DNA of 64,000 nt from Limisphaerales bacterium (GCA_965657355.1 CBFHOE010000002.1:320001-384000), one strand, 5' to 3'. Counted from the first letter of the stretch, positions 51,087 to 62,041 are shown. Translations and numbers: made by a program. Notes: a model not told the origin generated them from the letters alone.

Positions 51087-51280
51087 AATCATGCTCTTCA
51101 ATGGCAAATTCACGCGAAGCAACCATGCTGTTTACTCATTCAATTAATACGATGAAGTTTATGATATTTAACCCCTTCACGAGATCGCTAACCAACAATT
51201 TTATAACTCGGCCTACATTAATTCATATCAAAACAAATTGTCACTCTGGAGACCGTAAATTAGTCATTACTTATAATCGG

Positions 51281-54200
51281 CTAATTCCATTCAAAATGAG
51301 AAATTAGCCAATTAATATCATTCATTGTCATTTCGTTATTCACAATCTGGTTTTCATACCTTTTCACCAAATCTATCCTTGCATTTTCCTTGGAGTAAGA
51401 TGGTACCTGAGAACAATAATTATTTTTGATAAAAAATTCTTCAAGATCATGAGTTTTTGCCTCTCGCCATCCAGCAACCTCTTTATCTCTTAAACACCTA
51501 ATCACAGATTCTCCGTCCCCGTTGCATCTGCATACTAATTCAGATAATTGGTTTATAAATTTATCACTCACCGCTCCGGATTCGAACAAAACATTTTTAT
51601 CTACTGGTTTTCCTCGGCCAATTTTCCAAATGTTAATACAACTCTCAAGAATTTGGGATTTAAGAGTTATCCTTTCCAGCTTTTCAATTGAAATTATGAC
51701 GGTTTCCTGGTTCTCACTATATGCCCTAAACTGACCTAAGTTTGATATCCCGACCGTTAAGAAACAATAAAGCATTTCTAGGTCATCGACTATATACCAA
51801 ATATGCACGGTGCCACCATCATCCCATGGGTCGATACCCGGGACACCGATTCGGTCGGCATATGAGGAATGGTCAAGCCCTATCGGCTTTGGAATATTCA
51901 AAGGTTTTGATTCTTCACGCCTTGGCAAAACTCTTTGAAGGTTTTGCGAACGGATGGATTCTAAATCAAATGTCTGAAAGTCTAAACCCGACTGGTCTAA
52001 GTATTGAATCCACTTTGCTACTTCATCATCCTGGGCGGTGAAATAAAAAATTTGGCGTCCACTTTTCGCTATCTCGATGACGCTTTTAATCATCTTAGTT
52101 GCTCTCAAGTCATCACTCGTCCCCAGAGCCTCATCGAGTATCAATGGCAATTGAAAATTCTCATCCTGCTCAAGAAAAGCTACCCTTACAGCCATCAATA
52201 GCTGTACCTTTTCACCAACAGATAAGTTTTGAATAGGACTTATCTCTTTATTGCTAGATCTTCGAGCGAAAAATTCGGGTTTATCACCTGAATCTGATAT
52301 TTCTAAAGCCAGTGTGTGATTGGTAAACTCACCAATTAATTGGTTGGCACGCCTGAATACCTTAGGTCTTGAACGATCCACTGTGACTCGCTTCAACCAC
52401 TGAATCATCTCATAACCGACGAAGGTTTTTAACCCCTTCTGGCATTCACTTTCAATTTCCATCTTGATATCTTCAAGATTGTTCAGAGCATGTTCCAAAT
52501 TGTAAGATTGCTCCATTCTTTCAATATCTTTCTCAATACCAACAATTTCTCTATGTAAATTTTCCCTCTCCTCGATAATTGATTCTAATTTTTGTATATT
52601 CTTTTCGATTTCTTCAATTTCTAATTCATCTGGATTTAATTCAAAACGGTTATATCTCTTGATAGTTTGAAGACGATCGTGGGCTAATGTGTTTAATTTA
52701 CTCAAGCGCTCTTTTACCTCTTTGAATTCTGATAACTGGTTCATCCACGACTCTAACTTCCCTTCTTCACCGCCCCGAATGGATAGCCGGTCAAATAGCT
52801 TCTGCTTTTCTCCGATCACGCTACTTAAAGATTCATCAATACGGGATAATTCGCTTTGAGCAGATTCTTTTTTCTTTAAGGCATCATGAAATTGATCAAA
52901 TTGAGTTTCCAGATTATTGATTTTTTCAAGCGACTCGTTAGCATCATCGCATGCATGTTCGCCATACCTTTGGAAAATTTGATTAAGCTCGTTTTTTATT
53001 TTAGTGATTCTATTTTCAATTTCTTTATGGGAAACTTTTTTTCCGGATAACCGGGAATGGAATTTCTGCCTCCTTGATAATTTTTCAAGCAAATAAGGAA
53101 GCCATCTGGTATCGATTTCTATGCACAGGCCAGTTTCTTTTCTCACCGACAGCAGTATAGATTCGACCTCCTTCTCTTTTTGAGTGAGTTTTTCATTTTC
53201 TTTTTCAATCTGTTTCTTGAGTTTAGCAAACTCTTCAATTTGATGCTTCTTTTTCAGTAGTTCCAGGTGATTTTGAATTAAACTGACAATGGTCTCATGG
53301 TTCCATGATTCAGGATCTGAAAAACCTAGCGAAGAATAATAATTTTTGTGGATAGATTTCTCACTTCTCGAATTCCGGTCTATCTGTCTGGATGTATTTC
53401 TCCATTCTATAAATACTAATAATATGGATATACAGAATGGAACCCACCAAAAGCTATTTGAAATAATCCCGAGATATCCAGTGGTGCCCGATACTCCCGC
53501 TGCCAAGACTATACAAACCCATGATATTTTATTTGTTTTTTTATTTCCCGAATCACCTGAGGTTCCATTGGAAGAAAGCCACCGGCTTAATGTCGCCAAC
53601 GCTTCATCATGTGGTTTATTTAATTGGTCTTGTTGAAAGTCATTACTCTGTGCCTCGACCCACGCCTCTTTAAGTTGAATGGATTCTCTCAAGGCATTTC
53701 TCTCATCCACTTTGTCAGCTAATCGGTTTAGGCCTGGGATCGGAATACAATTTAAATCATCTAACTGGGTTTCTGAAAAATAATCACCGAGAAGTTTTGA
53801 AGCATTATCTAGTTCACCCTTTATTTCTATTAAACCCCGCTCAGATTCTTTCAGTAACCCTTCATATTCTTTAAGACTTTGATTTAATCCCTTCAATTTA
53901 AACAAATCTCCTTTATCAAGGGAACCAGTGATTTCGGGGTATTTCTTTATGGTTTCGACTGCTAGATCGTATTTGGATTGTTCCTGAGCTTGTCTTTCTT
54001 CAAGTTTGTCTATTTTAGTTTGAAAGCTGTCTAATTGGTTTTTCTCGTTCCCATGGAGCAAAGATAACTGGTCTGGAAATTTTTCAAGTTCGTTTTGCGT
54101 AATGAGGATTTTGTTTTGGATCGCCTTTAATTCCAAGACCGCCCTCAAGTATTTGACCTCTTCCGAATATTGTTGGGTGCTTTGGTATTTTCTTTTGAGT

Positions 54201-54772
54201 GAATTAAGATTTTGGGCTTTACGCCCTAAGTCATTTTGTTTTTCCCTGGCAGATCTTACGTCTGATCTCCTGGAATTATATTTCTTTTTTAATAAATTCT
54301 TTTGGCCAATAGGTTTATCAAAATTCAGTTTTTCAGCTGCTGAAGGCAAATCAAATCCGCCTTGGCTTGCCGCCGAAATAACACGGGCAAACTCTAAATT
54401 CCTTGTTCCCTCTTGTAACAGATCATGCAAGGATAGATGATACTTCCCCTTTAATTCTTTGGCACCTAACGAAGGGAGCGAATCTTCTTGACCATTTTTT
54501 AGATATTGAATGTTTCCAGGTTCCAATCGAGCTGACCAACCATCTTCAGCGATACTCAACTGACCATCAATCGACCTTTTTTTATCACCACAGGACTGAG
54601 GCCACATTATTTCTTGCAAAGCCGAGGCCGTCGTACTTTTTCCTGAAGCATTAGGGCCAAAAATTATATTGATACCCTTTGAAAACCCATCGAGTGAGTA
54701 TGCATCTTTGCCTTTAATGCCGTGGAGCTGATGGATGTGAATTGACTTAATATGTAAAGGAGTCCCGCTCAT
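51281..54772 (-). CDS. YhaN/Rad50-like SMC-type ATPase with central TM segment
   Basis: Walker A GPNASGKST, long coiled coils, two TM helices, signature LSVGE, Walker B LPLILDEAL, QIFYFTAQ; ATGA overlap with the nuclease gene. Confidence 0.85.
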   Translation of the reverse strand: MSGTPLHIKSIHIHQLHGIKGKDAYSLDGFSKGINIIFGPNASGKSTTASALQEIMWPQSCGDKKRSIDGQLSIAEDGWSARLEPGNIQYLKNGQEDSLPSLGAKELKGKYHLSLHDLLQEGTRNLEFARVISAASQGGFDLPSAAEKLNFDKPIGQKNLLKKKYNSRRSDVRSAREKQNDLGRKAQNLNSLKRKYQSTQQYSEEVKYLRAVLELKAIQNKILITQNELEKFPDQLSLLHGNEKNQLDSFQTKIDKLEERQAQEQSKYDLAVETIKKYPEITGSLDKGDLFKLKGLNQSLKEYEGLLKESERGLIEIKGELDNASKLLGDYFSETQLDDLNCIPIPGLNRLADKVDERNALRESIQLKEAWVEAQSNDFQQDQLNKPHDEALATLSRWLSSNGTSGDSGNKKTNKISWVCIVLAAGVSGTTGYLGIISNSFWWVPFCISILLVFIEWRNTSRQIDRNSRSEKSIHKNYYSSLGFSDPESWNHETIVSLIQNHLELLKKKHQIEEFAKLKKQIEKENEKLTQKEKEVESILLSVRKETGLCIEIDTRWLPYLLEKLSRRQKFHSRLSGKKVSHKEIENRITKIKNELNQIFQRYGEHACDDANESLEKINNLETQFDQFHDALKKKESAQSELSRIDESLSSVIGEKQKLFDRLSIRGGEEGKLESWMNQLSEFKEVKERLSKLNTLAHDRLQTIKRYNRFELNPDELEIEEIEKNIQKLESIIEERENLHREIVGIEKDIERMEQSYNLEHALNNLEDIKMEIESECQKGLKTFVGYEMIQWLKRVTVDRSRPKVFRRANQLIGEFTNHTLALEISDSGDKPEFFARRSSNKEISPIQNLSVGEKVQLLMAVRVAFLEQDENFQLPLILDEALGTSDDLRATKMIKSVIEIAKSGRQIFYFTAQDDEVAKWIQYLDQSGLDFQTFDLESIRSQNLQRVLPRREESKPLNIPKPIGLDHSSYADRIGVPGIDPWDDGGTVHIWYIVDDLEMLYCFLTVGISNLGQFRAYSENQETVIISIEKLERITLKSQILESCINIWKIGRGKPVDKNVLFESGAVSDKFINQLSELVCRCNGDGESVIRCLRDKEVAGWREAKTHDLEEFFIKNNYCSQVPSYSKENARIDLVKRYENQIVNNEMTMNDINWLISHFEWN

Positions 54773-56058
54773 ATACCCTGCTGCCTAATCAACTCTGAAA
54801 TTAAAGCGACAGCGTTCTCTCTTACTATTTCAAGTATCCTGCCATCCTTGATGCTGTTGTGTTCGACATTACTAATACCCAATCTCTGTTCTACGCATGT
54901 GCTCTTCTGGTAGAGCATTTCTATGAGCTTACGCGTCGATGTTTCAATTTTATCCTCGTCTATTTGATTTATCACTCGCGCGAGTTCGCCAACCGCCGAA
55001 TTGCTTTCGAGCAAACTTGCAAAATCTACAGAGGGTTGAGTTTTATTTTTTGCCGCTTCGATAAAAATATGAACATCTTCACATTGGTCCTCAAGATCAG
55101 GCAAACGTTCGATATTTTTTTGAATTCCATCATAAAGTGGGGTCTCCCCGGTAATCGTAATTCTAAAGTTAATCTGCCTTAGATGCTCAACATTACTTTC
55201 CACTAAATATCGAGACCTTTTTGAAATGACCTGCATGAAATAGGAGTCAACAGACTCAATGCTATCAATATTTTTTACATCGATCTCAAGCTGGTCGTAT
55301 ATAATTGTCGAAATAGGATAAAACTGAGGGAAGCTGAATCCACCTTTTGATATTTCTGTAATCCACACGCCATGATCTCCCGTTTCTCCAGGATCCAATG
55401 CCTGAGGTGAACCTGGGTATAATACCCATGGGTGGGACTCACTTTTGATCAATTGAGATTTATGAATATGGCCCAAATGCCAACCACTAACTACCGATGA
55501 CTCAATCTGGGATTTATTTATTGGGGCGTAGGGAGACTTTGGATTACCCAAGTCTCCATGCACTATACCAAGAACAGGTATATCATGGCTCTCTAAAGTC
55601 TTATTTGGATAGGATTCCAGTGGGTCTCCGGCATAATATCTTTCGGGAAAAGACCACCCATCCACATGAAGTAGTGGAACCTCATCGACGGCATGAGTAT
55701 ATCTCTCCCATTTCCCTCCTTTGCCGATGACCTTGAAGCAATCATCAGGCAACTCTCCTGCAAGCTTAGGCAATACGTCGAAATCATGATTTCCAGAAAC
55801 TGCTATAGTTTTTATCCCAGCGTCAGCGAGTCGATTCAAGCCCATTTTCAGAGGTCCAATTGCCTCAAAAAATTTATTTTCCTGATCAGCCACGTCTCCC
55901 CCCAGGCAAACAAGAGTTACTTTTTGCTCAATCGCGAGATTGACAATTCTCAACCATGCATCAGCGGCTCTGAATTGTCCTGAGCCCGCCTTGTCTCCTA
56001 CCCGGGTAGAGGACCGACCGATATGTAGATCACTTGTTAGAAGAATACGATGGATCAC
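54769..56058 (-). CDS. YhaO/Mre11/SbcD-like metallophosphoesterase nuclease
   Basis: SDLHIG, GGDVAD, SGNHD, VHG, LGHIH, YPGSPQALDPGETG. Confidence 0.9.
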   Translation of the reverse strand: MIHRILLTSDLHIGRSSTRVGDKAGSGQFRAADAWLRIVNLAIEQKVTLVCLGGDVADQENKFFEAIGPLKMGLNRLADAGIKTIAVSGNHDFDVLPKLAGELPDDCFKVIGKGGKWERYTHAVDEVPLLHVDGWSFPERYYAGDPLESYPNKTLESHDIPVLGIVHGDLGNPKSPYAPINKSQIESSVVSGWHLGHIHKSQLIKSESHPWVLYPGSPQALDPGETGDHGVWITEISKGGFSFPQFYPISTIIYDQLEIDVKNIDSIESVDSYFMQVISKRSRYLVESNVEHLRQINFRITITGETPLYDGIQKNIERLPDLEDQCEDVHIFIEAAKNKTQPSVDFASLLESNSAVGELARVINQIDEDKIETSTRKLIEMLYQKSTCVEQRLGISNVEHNSIKDGRILEIVRENAVALISELIRQQGI

Positions 56059-56120
56059 ACTAAGCTAATCAATTGATACAAAATACAAGTTTCGGAAATT
56101 ACAAAGCAAAACGTGAATAC

Positions 56121-57245
56121 CTAGCTTGTTAATTGTGAATTTCCCTTCGCTCTATAAACTAAGACAATAGAAATTATTGCAGCTAAAAGTATGAATCCAG
56201 CAAATCCAGGGCGAACAAATATCCATGAGACGCCGATCGTGAATAAAGAAAGGGCCATTGCGAGAAAAAATGTAACAAAAGCTACAGCTCCCTCTAACAT
56301 GCGTCCTGCAAATGGAATAAAACTCACTATGGCTCTGAGTGGCTTCAAAATCATGACCAAACCAAGCCACATAGCCAAAAAGCCACCACCTCGGAACCCC
56401 CATCTTTTAAGAGCTGCCTCGAACCTTTGAGCATCAATCACTTCTTCCTTCGATTTTTTTCCCATGTAGAGTAACTCCTTGCTAATATTATTTTCCGTTT
56501 GATAGGGAAGAAAAGATTGCCCGGATTGTCGGGCCATAATTGTGACCTCTTTTTTTGGTGGAACGATAAAGACCTTAACTCGCTCGTCTCCAATCTGAGG
56601 CGAGGTCGGATTATTTGAGTAAAAGACACCATCACTAACACTTCCCCCGGGATACAAATCAGACACTAAGCCTGAATCTATATTGTATTTCTGCTCTCCC
56701 TTTATTTTTTTTATCAGGGACGGAGGTAGCTTGAATGCCCCAAACATGACGTTTGATGCAAAGATATTACCACCTGAAAACTTCTTATTACTTCCATGGT
56801 TGGAGTGGCGTCCCCCTTCTTGACCACCACTGTTAAAACTAGAGGAATCTTGGACGCGATCCACCCATTTTTTTGAATAACTATAAACTCTTCTGTCATT
56901 TTCAGTTTTAGAGCTTTCAACCCATTGATAAATTTCTGCTTCCCAAAATACCCGAATGGCATTCTCTTTTATCCCGAACTCTTTAAATTCAAGAACATCC
57001 TGAGAAATGGCTTCGTATGCAGTATGAATTAATTTCCCATCATAATCAGGATTGATTGTTTGGGCACTCACATCGGCAATGGCGACATCTTCTAGCTCAG
57101 CTATAGCAGCTTTTTGTCTTGTCGCGTCTTTTTCATTCCAACCTAATAAGACAAAGGATCCGACAAAAAGGCCTATTCCGAATACTGCAGCGGCAAAAGA
57201 TCCGATAACCCTTCCAAAATAGCTATTTCTTCTTGCACTAGCCAT
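56121..57245 (-). CDS. TMEM43-family membrane protein
   Basis: SYFGRVIGS..GIGLF..LLGWNE, DGKLIH, YQWVE, YSKKW, FGAFKL, PQIGDERV, three C-terminal TMs; start set to MASARR. Confidence 0.85.
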   Translation of the reverse strand: MASARRNSYFGRVIGSFAAAVFGIGLFVGSFVLLGWNEKDATRQKAAIAELEDVAIADVSAQTINPDYDGKLIHTAYEAISQDVLEFKEFGIKENAIRVFWEAEIYQWVESSKTENDRRVYSYSKKWVDRVQDSSSFNSGGQEGGRHSNHGSNKKFSGGNIFASNVMFGAFKLPPSLIKKIKGEQKYNIDSGLVSDLYPGGSVSDGVFYSNNPTSPQIGDERVKVFIVPPKKEVTIMARQSGQSFLPYQTENNISKELLYMGKKSKEEVIDAQRFEAALKRWGFRGGGFLAMWLGLVMILKPLRAIVSFIPFAGRMLEGAVAFVTFFLAMALSLFTIGVSWIFVRPGFAGFILLAAIISIVLVYRAKGNSQLTS

Positions 57246-57382
57246 AACTCGTTCATTTGAACAAAAAACACTGTTAATATCAACTCTCGTTATTTGCAGT
57301 AAAAGTTCTTTGTAAATTCCAGTTTTCATTAAAAACGATAATTCTTGTTCATAATGCATGGGAAGCGTTTTAATAAAGAGCT

Positions 57383-58198
57383 ATGAGATTTGGTTTTAGA
57401 AATTCACATAAATTTTGTGGATTTACGCTGATTGAACTACTTGTGGTCATTGCTATTATTGCCATCCTTGCTTCAATGATCTTACCCGCTCTCGGTCGGG
57501 CAAAAGGAAAGGCAAAAGGTTTAAAATGTTTAAACAATGTGAAACAGCTCGGCCTTTCTTCAGCTATGTATGTCAACGATCACGGAGCGACTCTCCCATA
57601 CGTTGGTTTCAGGGATCTATGGATGAGGCGTCTATTGGATTATTATGCAGAAGTAGACAAAATAAGAGTTTGCCCGTCTGCCCCTGAAAAAGAGAATATC
57701 AATCAAAGAAGGCACAGTGTTAGCGGTAGTCTAGATGAAACCTGGGGGTGGAATGGAGAGAACCGAAAACGATACGAGGGAAGTTACGCATTAAACGGAT
57801 GGATGTATTCAGGAGATTGGCCTGCAGGATGGGGTATCAGAAGCTCATTTGCTTTTAGAAAAGAAGGCGAAATAAAACGCCCAGCACTAACCCCAACCCT
57901 TGCAGACTCCATTTGGGTGGATGCCTGGCCAGATTGGAGAGACAGGCCTGCTAGAAACCTATACACAGGAGACGATTTTAGCAGCCCTGGAATGGCACGG
58001 GTTGCTATCCCTAGACACGGTGGCGTACCTAGAAACCGAAAAGCCCTATCCAACTGGCCTAGCAAAGAACGGTTACCAGGAGCTGTTAATATTACTTTTG
58101 CCGATGCTCACGCAGAATTAATACCTCTAGAAAAACTTTGGAGTCTTCAATGGCACAAAGAATTCAGAAGGAGAGCTTCTAGGTTTTTAAGAAATTGA
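57383..58198 (+). CDS. Prepilin-type N-terminal cleavage/methylation domain protein
   Basis: [39 protein letters not shown]...[11 protein letters not shown]. Confidence 0.9.
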   Translation: MRFGFRNSHKFCGFTLIELLVVIAIIAILASMILPALGRAKGKAKGLKCLNNVKQLGLSSAMYVNDHGATLPYVGFRDLWMRRLLDYYAEVDKIRVCPSAPEKENINQRRHSVSGSLDETWGWNGENRKRYEGSYALNGWMYSGDWPAGWGIRSSFAFRKEGEIKRPALTPTLADSIWVDAWPDWRDRPARNLYTGDDFSSPGMARVAIPRHGGVPRNRKALSNWPSKERLPGAVNITFADAHAELIPLEKLWSLQWHKEFRRRASRFLRN

Positions 58199-58370
58199 TA
58201 AAACAAAAACCCATTGAAGATTTTCTAATCACCAACGGGTTTTTTGTCCTAAACAATTGCTGAACCATTTACAAAAGGAGCGTTAATGGTATCCAGCGAC
58301 GTTACAATCCATCAGCATATAAATGAAGATTGCGTTAATTTTTGTGACCTATTTAAAAATGTTTAAATAT

Positions 58371-59156
58371 TTATTCAATTCTTGAAGGTCTACTAGGACG
58401 ATACCCTTTATGCCACCGCAGAGCCCAAAGTTTTCGGAGCCTGGACGAATCTGTATGCCCGTCTATAAACCCAACGTTTGATTTTCCTAAATGTCTATCG
58501 ACAACAAATCTGCCCATAAAATACCCCCTACGGTGTGGGTATCCTCCATTCCCGTATCCTATACCAGTTTGATCTTTTGGCATACGGTCTCGGCTTTCTG
58601 GCCAAGAACCAACCCAAATGGAATCAGCAAAAACCGGGGAATCGGGGGAAGCCTCATGAACCTTTGAAAAGTAATATTTACTTGGAAAATCGTCCTTGTA
58701 TCGTCCTTCATCATCAAACCAAAGATTCATACCAAAACTCCCCTCACCCTCAAAGCTTCTCCATGAATTTTTGTCTGTCCCCCACCAGCGATCAGATTTT
58801 AAAGGTCTTGTTTTGGGTCGCCTTGTCTCAGGGCAAAATGAAATTTTCATAACACCGGAAATATGGTCGGTTGGATCAAACTTATATTTTCTGTCTCCAA
58901 TATATGGAGCTATTTGATGAAACCAATAATATCCAACCTTATGAACAACTGGCGGCCCCTTTTCTTTATTGTCATCCGCGTATAGTTGAAAACCCAAAGT
59001 CATTTGCTTTAAGTTGTTACGGCATAATATTGATTTAGCGGTTCTTTTTGCTCTTGCCAAAGCAGGCAACAGCATACTTGAGATGATCGCAATTATGGCA
59101 ATCACAACCAATAATTCAATTAAGGAGAAACCTTTGTGAGTTCTCTTGAAATCCAT
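58371..59156 (-). CDS. Prepilin-type N-terminal cleavage/methylation domain protein (H-X9-DG motif)
   Basis: [43 protein letters not shown]; start set to MDFKRTHK. Confidence 0.9.
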   Translation of the reverse strand: MDFKRTHKGFSLIELLVVIAIIAIISSMLLPALARAKRTAKSILCRNNLKQMTLGFQLYADDNKEKGPPVVHKVGYYWFHQIAPYIGDRKYKFDPTDHISGVMKISFCPETRRPKTRPLKSDRWWGTDKNSWRSFEGEGSFGMNLWFDDEGRYKDDFPSKYYFSKVHEASPDSPVFADSIWVGSWPESRDRMPKDQTGIGYGNGGYPHRRGYFMGRFVVDRHLGKSNVGFIDGHTDSSRLRKLWALRWHKGYRPSRPSRIE

Positions 59157-59234
59157 GCGAATAGTCCGTGTTACAGTGGATGCAAACCCATACAATTCGT
59201 CAAAATAGCCCCAAATTAACCAACAAAAATGACA

Positions 59235-60107
59235 TTAATTTTTTTCGAAATCGGTAATCACAATAGCGTGATCAGAGGGAAAGAAAGGTAAATTTTTATC
59301 GATCACATTGGAATAAATGGGTTTAAGGATTTCACCACGAGAGTATATAAAATCAATACGATCCGCTTCTTGTGTCGTAAACTCAGGTGACCAGGTGCGA
59401 TCTATTTGCCGATTAATTTTAGGGTGAAGTGCCCGGTATGTATCAGTGAAACCAGCATCAATCATAAGTTTTGATGTTGGCCATTCTATTTCCCAACCTC
59501 CGTATTGGTCACCAGCTTTTTTAACATAGTCAAAATGAGACATGGAGTTGAAATCTCCAGCAAAAATAATTGGCACTTTACTTAATCCTTCATTTTTTAA
59601 TTTATTTTCTATCTCGGGGAGCATCTTGGATAAGACATTGTAGGAAGGCTCACAAACAGCTAACATCTTTTCCTTGGTCACTTCTTTTCTACTGCCCTTA
59701 ATCCAAATATCTCCATTGAATGGAAGCCAGATCGAAAAAAAAGCTATTTTCCCAAAATCAGGAACGTCAATTAAAGCACCTATACAATTCCATTCACCAC
59801 CAACAGAGAGGTCTTTTAAAATTGGGTGTTTGGAAAATAGGGACAAATGAGGCCCGCGAAGTTTTAGCTCATAGCCAAGTTGCTTTTTAAGCCATGGCCC
59901 CGAGCCATATGTCTCTTGCATTGCAACAAGATCTGGATTTTGGCTTTTTATTATTTTGGCGACTTGATGGGGTTTTCCTGTTTCCTCTTTTTGGACTCCA
60001 GCTCGCCATATATTCCAACAAAGAACTTTCAAGGTAGGCCTATTTTCTTCAGCACTAATGCTAAGAGTAAAACCAACCAACATGATAAAAGGTAACAGCC
60101 GCAACAT
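59235..60107 (-). CDS. Secreted endonuclease/exonuclease/phosphatase (EEP) family protein
   Basis: Signal peptide MLRLLPFIMLVGFTLSISA, WNIW, MQET, AGDFN, RIDFIY, PSDH. Confidence 0.88.
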   Translation of the reverse strand: MLRLLPFIMLVGFTLSISAEENRPTLKVLCWNIWRAGVQKEETGKPHQVAKIIKSQNPDLVAMQETYGSGPWLKKQLGYELKLRGPHLSLFSKHPILKDLSVGGEWNCIGALIDVPDFGKIAFFSIWLPFNGDIWIKGSRKEVTKEKMLAVCEPSYNVLSKMLPEIENKLKNEGLSKVPIIFAGDFNSMSHFDYVKKAGDQYGGWEIEWPTSKLMIDAGFTDTYRALHPKINRQIDRTWSPEFTTQEADRIDFIYSRGEILKPIYSNVIDKNLPFFPSDHAIVITDFEKN

Positions 60108-60640
60108 ACTTAAAATAATTAAAGGGGATTTAAGATTTCGATCAGTATCAAAATCTACTAATTTTTTATTTTTGTGAAGATTTTTATGTATCATTTTTCA
60201 GGAAAACCTTTACTACCAAATGCATTAGTAAAGAATATTTTCCTACTCAATAATGGAAGACAAATAGAAAAAAATATATATTTAAATGACCAACAAGATG
60301 CAAGTGCCAATATTTTGTGAATACCGGTTTCCGCTCTGGAATTTTGAATAAAATTTTAATAATTTCCGAATATACAGTTAAAACCCAGTGTATTAGTGAA
60401 TGATATCACTTATATTCCACAGACATGAATTCCAAAAAGATACCGAAAATAAGAGGGTCTTGGTAATCGCCAGGCCACACTCATTTTGCAAAGTTCATTT
60501 AACTTATGTTCGACCATCTCAGGTGTCAAAATGGATCTGGTTTTTAGTTCACTGAGCAACGGCCTCAGAAGATATGAGAAACACCTGATTAATGTTTTGG
60601 TAAAGAAATAAAAGAGATTATTAGAAAAAATAAATAAAGC

Positions 60641-62041
60641 TCAACTAAGAAAGTGCTTTATAGGCCCGGTTTGATCAATACCAAATTTCCCAAGACCAGT
60701 ATCTAGGGCACCATAGTGCTCGATTGGATTTCCATAGGCATTGAGTATAGTTGTATACCAGTTACCCAATGTTTTATGTCCCTTTTCACCATAGCTTGGA
60801 AGGCGAATATATTTACCCGATATATCAAGCTTACAATTTCTCCCTGCCAATACAATAAATGGCCATTCTGTGCCGTGGCTATGATGAGTTTCACCGTTAT
60901 CAGGAAAATACAGAAGCATAGTATTATCGAACATGGAGCCACTGTCTTCAGGAACATTCTTAAGTCGTTTCACAATTGTATTCACAACATCCATGTGATG
61001 AAGTCGAACTTTCTCTCTTACTTCCTCTGCAGCAAATCGCCCTACTCCCTTATTGTGTCCCACATCATGTAGATTCACATTCTCTCTCTCGATGTCTTTA
61101 ATTCCAGTGTAGCGTGTACCCAGCTCGTCAGCAGTCAATGTGACAACATTTGTCATACCAGAAATCAGAGTGGATAGAAGAATTTCTGCGAATCCCCTCT
61201 GCCTGTCTATGGTTGTTAAACTCCCTGAAAAATACTTTGGATCCAGTTGCGGAAGATGTTTTCTGATAACATCTCCCATAGCTTCAACTTTGCGATTCCT
61301 ATCAAGAATGGCTTCTATAGATTCAGAGTAATTTAAAATCTTAGATCTTTCTATTCCGCTCAATGGTTTTCCGATTCCAGCCTGGTTCTTGGCTGCAAAT
61401 TCTAGAATCTTTCTTTCGAGCGCATACCTTACTTGAGCATCGCGCTCACCTGCGACAGACTTGAAAAGCTCTTGCATTGCAACTTTTGGAGAGCCAAATG
61501 CATAATTTGGCTGCTGCGGTCCACGCGCAGAAAATCCTTTTTCAATGCCATTGATATTTCCTCGAGAGTTACCACCACCACTCGGGAAGCAGGCCAATTC
61601 AATGTGCTGCAATGGTGACGGGAAAAGTCGTGCCAACTCAAAATCTACAGTCGCCCATTTGATGGAGCTTAAACGTTCATTTGCTTTATAGACCCCCAAA
61701 GACGATTGCCAAGTATGGTGTCCAGTTGTGCACATCTTACCCGATAATCCCTGAAGAATTGTCATACTCTCTTTATGCTCACTTAGGACTTTCATCCAAT
61801 AAGGGAGTTCGTGATCACTTAGAGAGACTTGAAAAGCTTCTTTACGTTTTTCTTTTAAAGCATCCTGACCGCTCAGTGTCGGAGGAACCATGACTTTTGG
61901 AAAAAGCCCGTTACCTTTATGCACAAAGATAAATCGCTTTGGGCCAACGCCTGTGTTGCCATTGGCAAACAGGTTTGGAATAAAGCCCATGGCGCTGACG
62001 CCAAGGATAGATTGTTTCAAAAAGTCTCTGCGATTGTTCAT
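60641..62041 (-). CDS. DUF1552 domain protein with Tat signal
   Basis: NNRRDFLK, PKRFIFV..GNG, LQGLS, TNVVTL, HDVGH, PEDSGSMFDNT; ATGA overlap with the upstream gene. Confidence 0.85.
   Translation of the reverse strand: MNNRRDFLKQSILGVSAMGFIPNLFANGNTGVGPKRFIFVHKGNGLFPKVMVPPTLSGQDALKEKRKEAFQVSLSDHELPYWMKVLSEHKESMTILQGLSGKMCTTGHHTWQSSLGVYKANERLSSIKWATVDFELARLFPSPLQHIELACFPSGGGNSRGNINGIEKGFSARGPQQPNYAFGSPKVAMQELFKSVAGERDAQVRYALERKILEFAAKNQAGIGKPLSGIERSKILNYSESIEAILDRNRKVEAMGDVIRKHLPQLDPKYFSGSLTTIDRQRGFAEILLSTLISGMTNVVTLTADELGTRYTGIKDIERENVNLHDVGHNKGVGRFAAEEVREKVRLHHMDVVNTIVKRLKNVPEDSGSMFDNTMLLYFPDNGETHHSHGTEWPFIVLAGRNCKLDISGKYIRLPSYGEKGHKTLGNWYTTILNAYGNPIEHYGALDTGLGKFGIDQTGPIKHFLS

Noticed and set aside
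58203..58247. Inverted repeat between the convergent prepilin genes as a MITE
   Set aside because: Single copy with an imperfect stem; more likely a weak terminator
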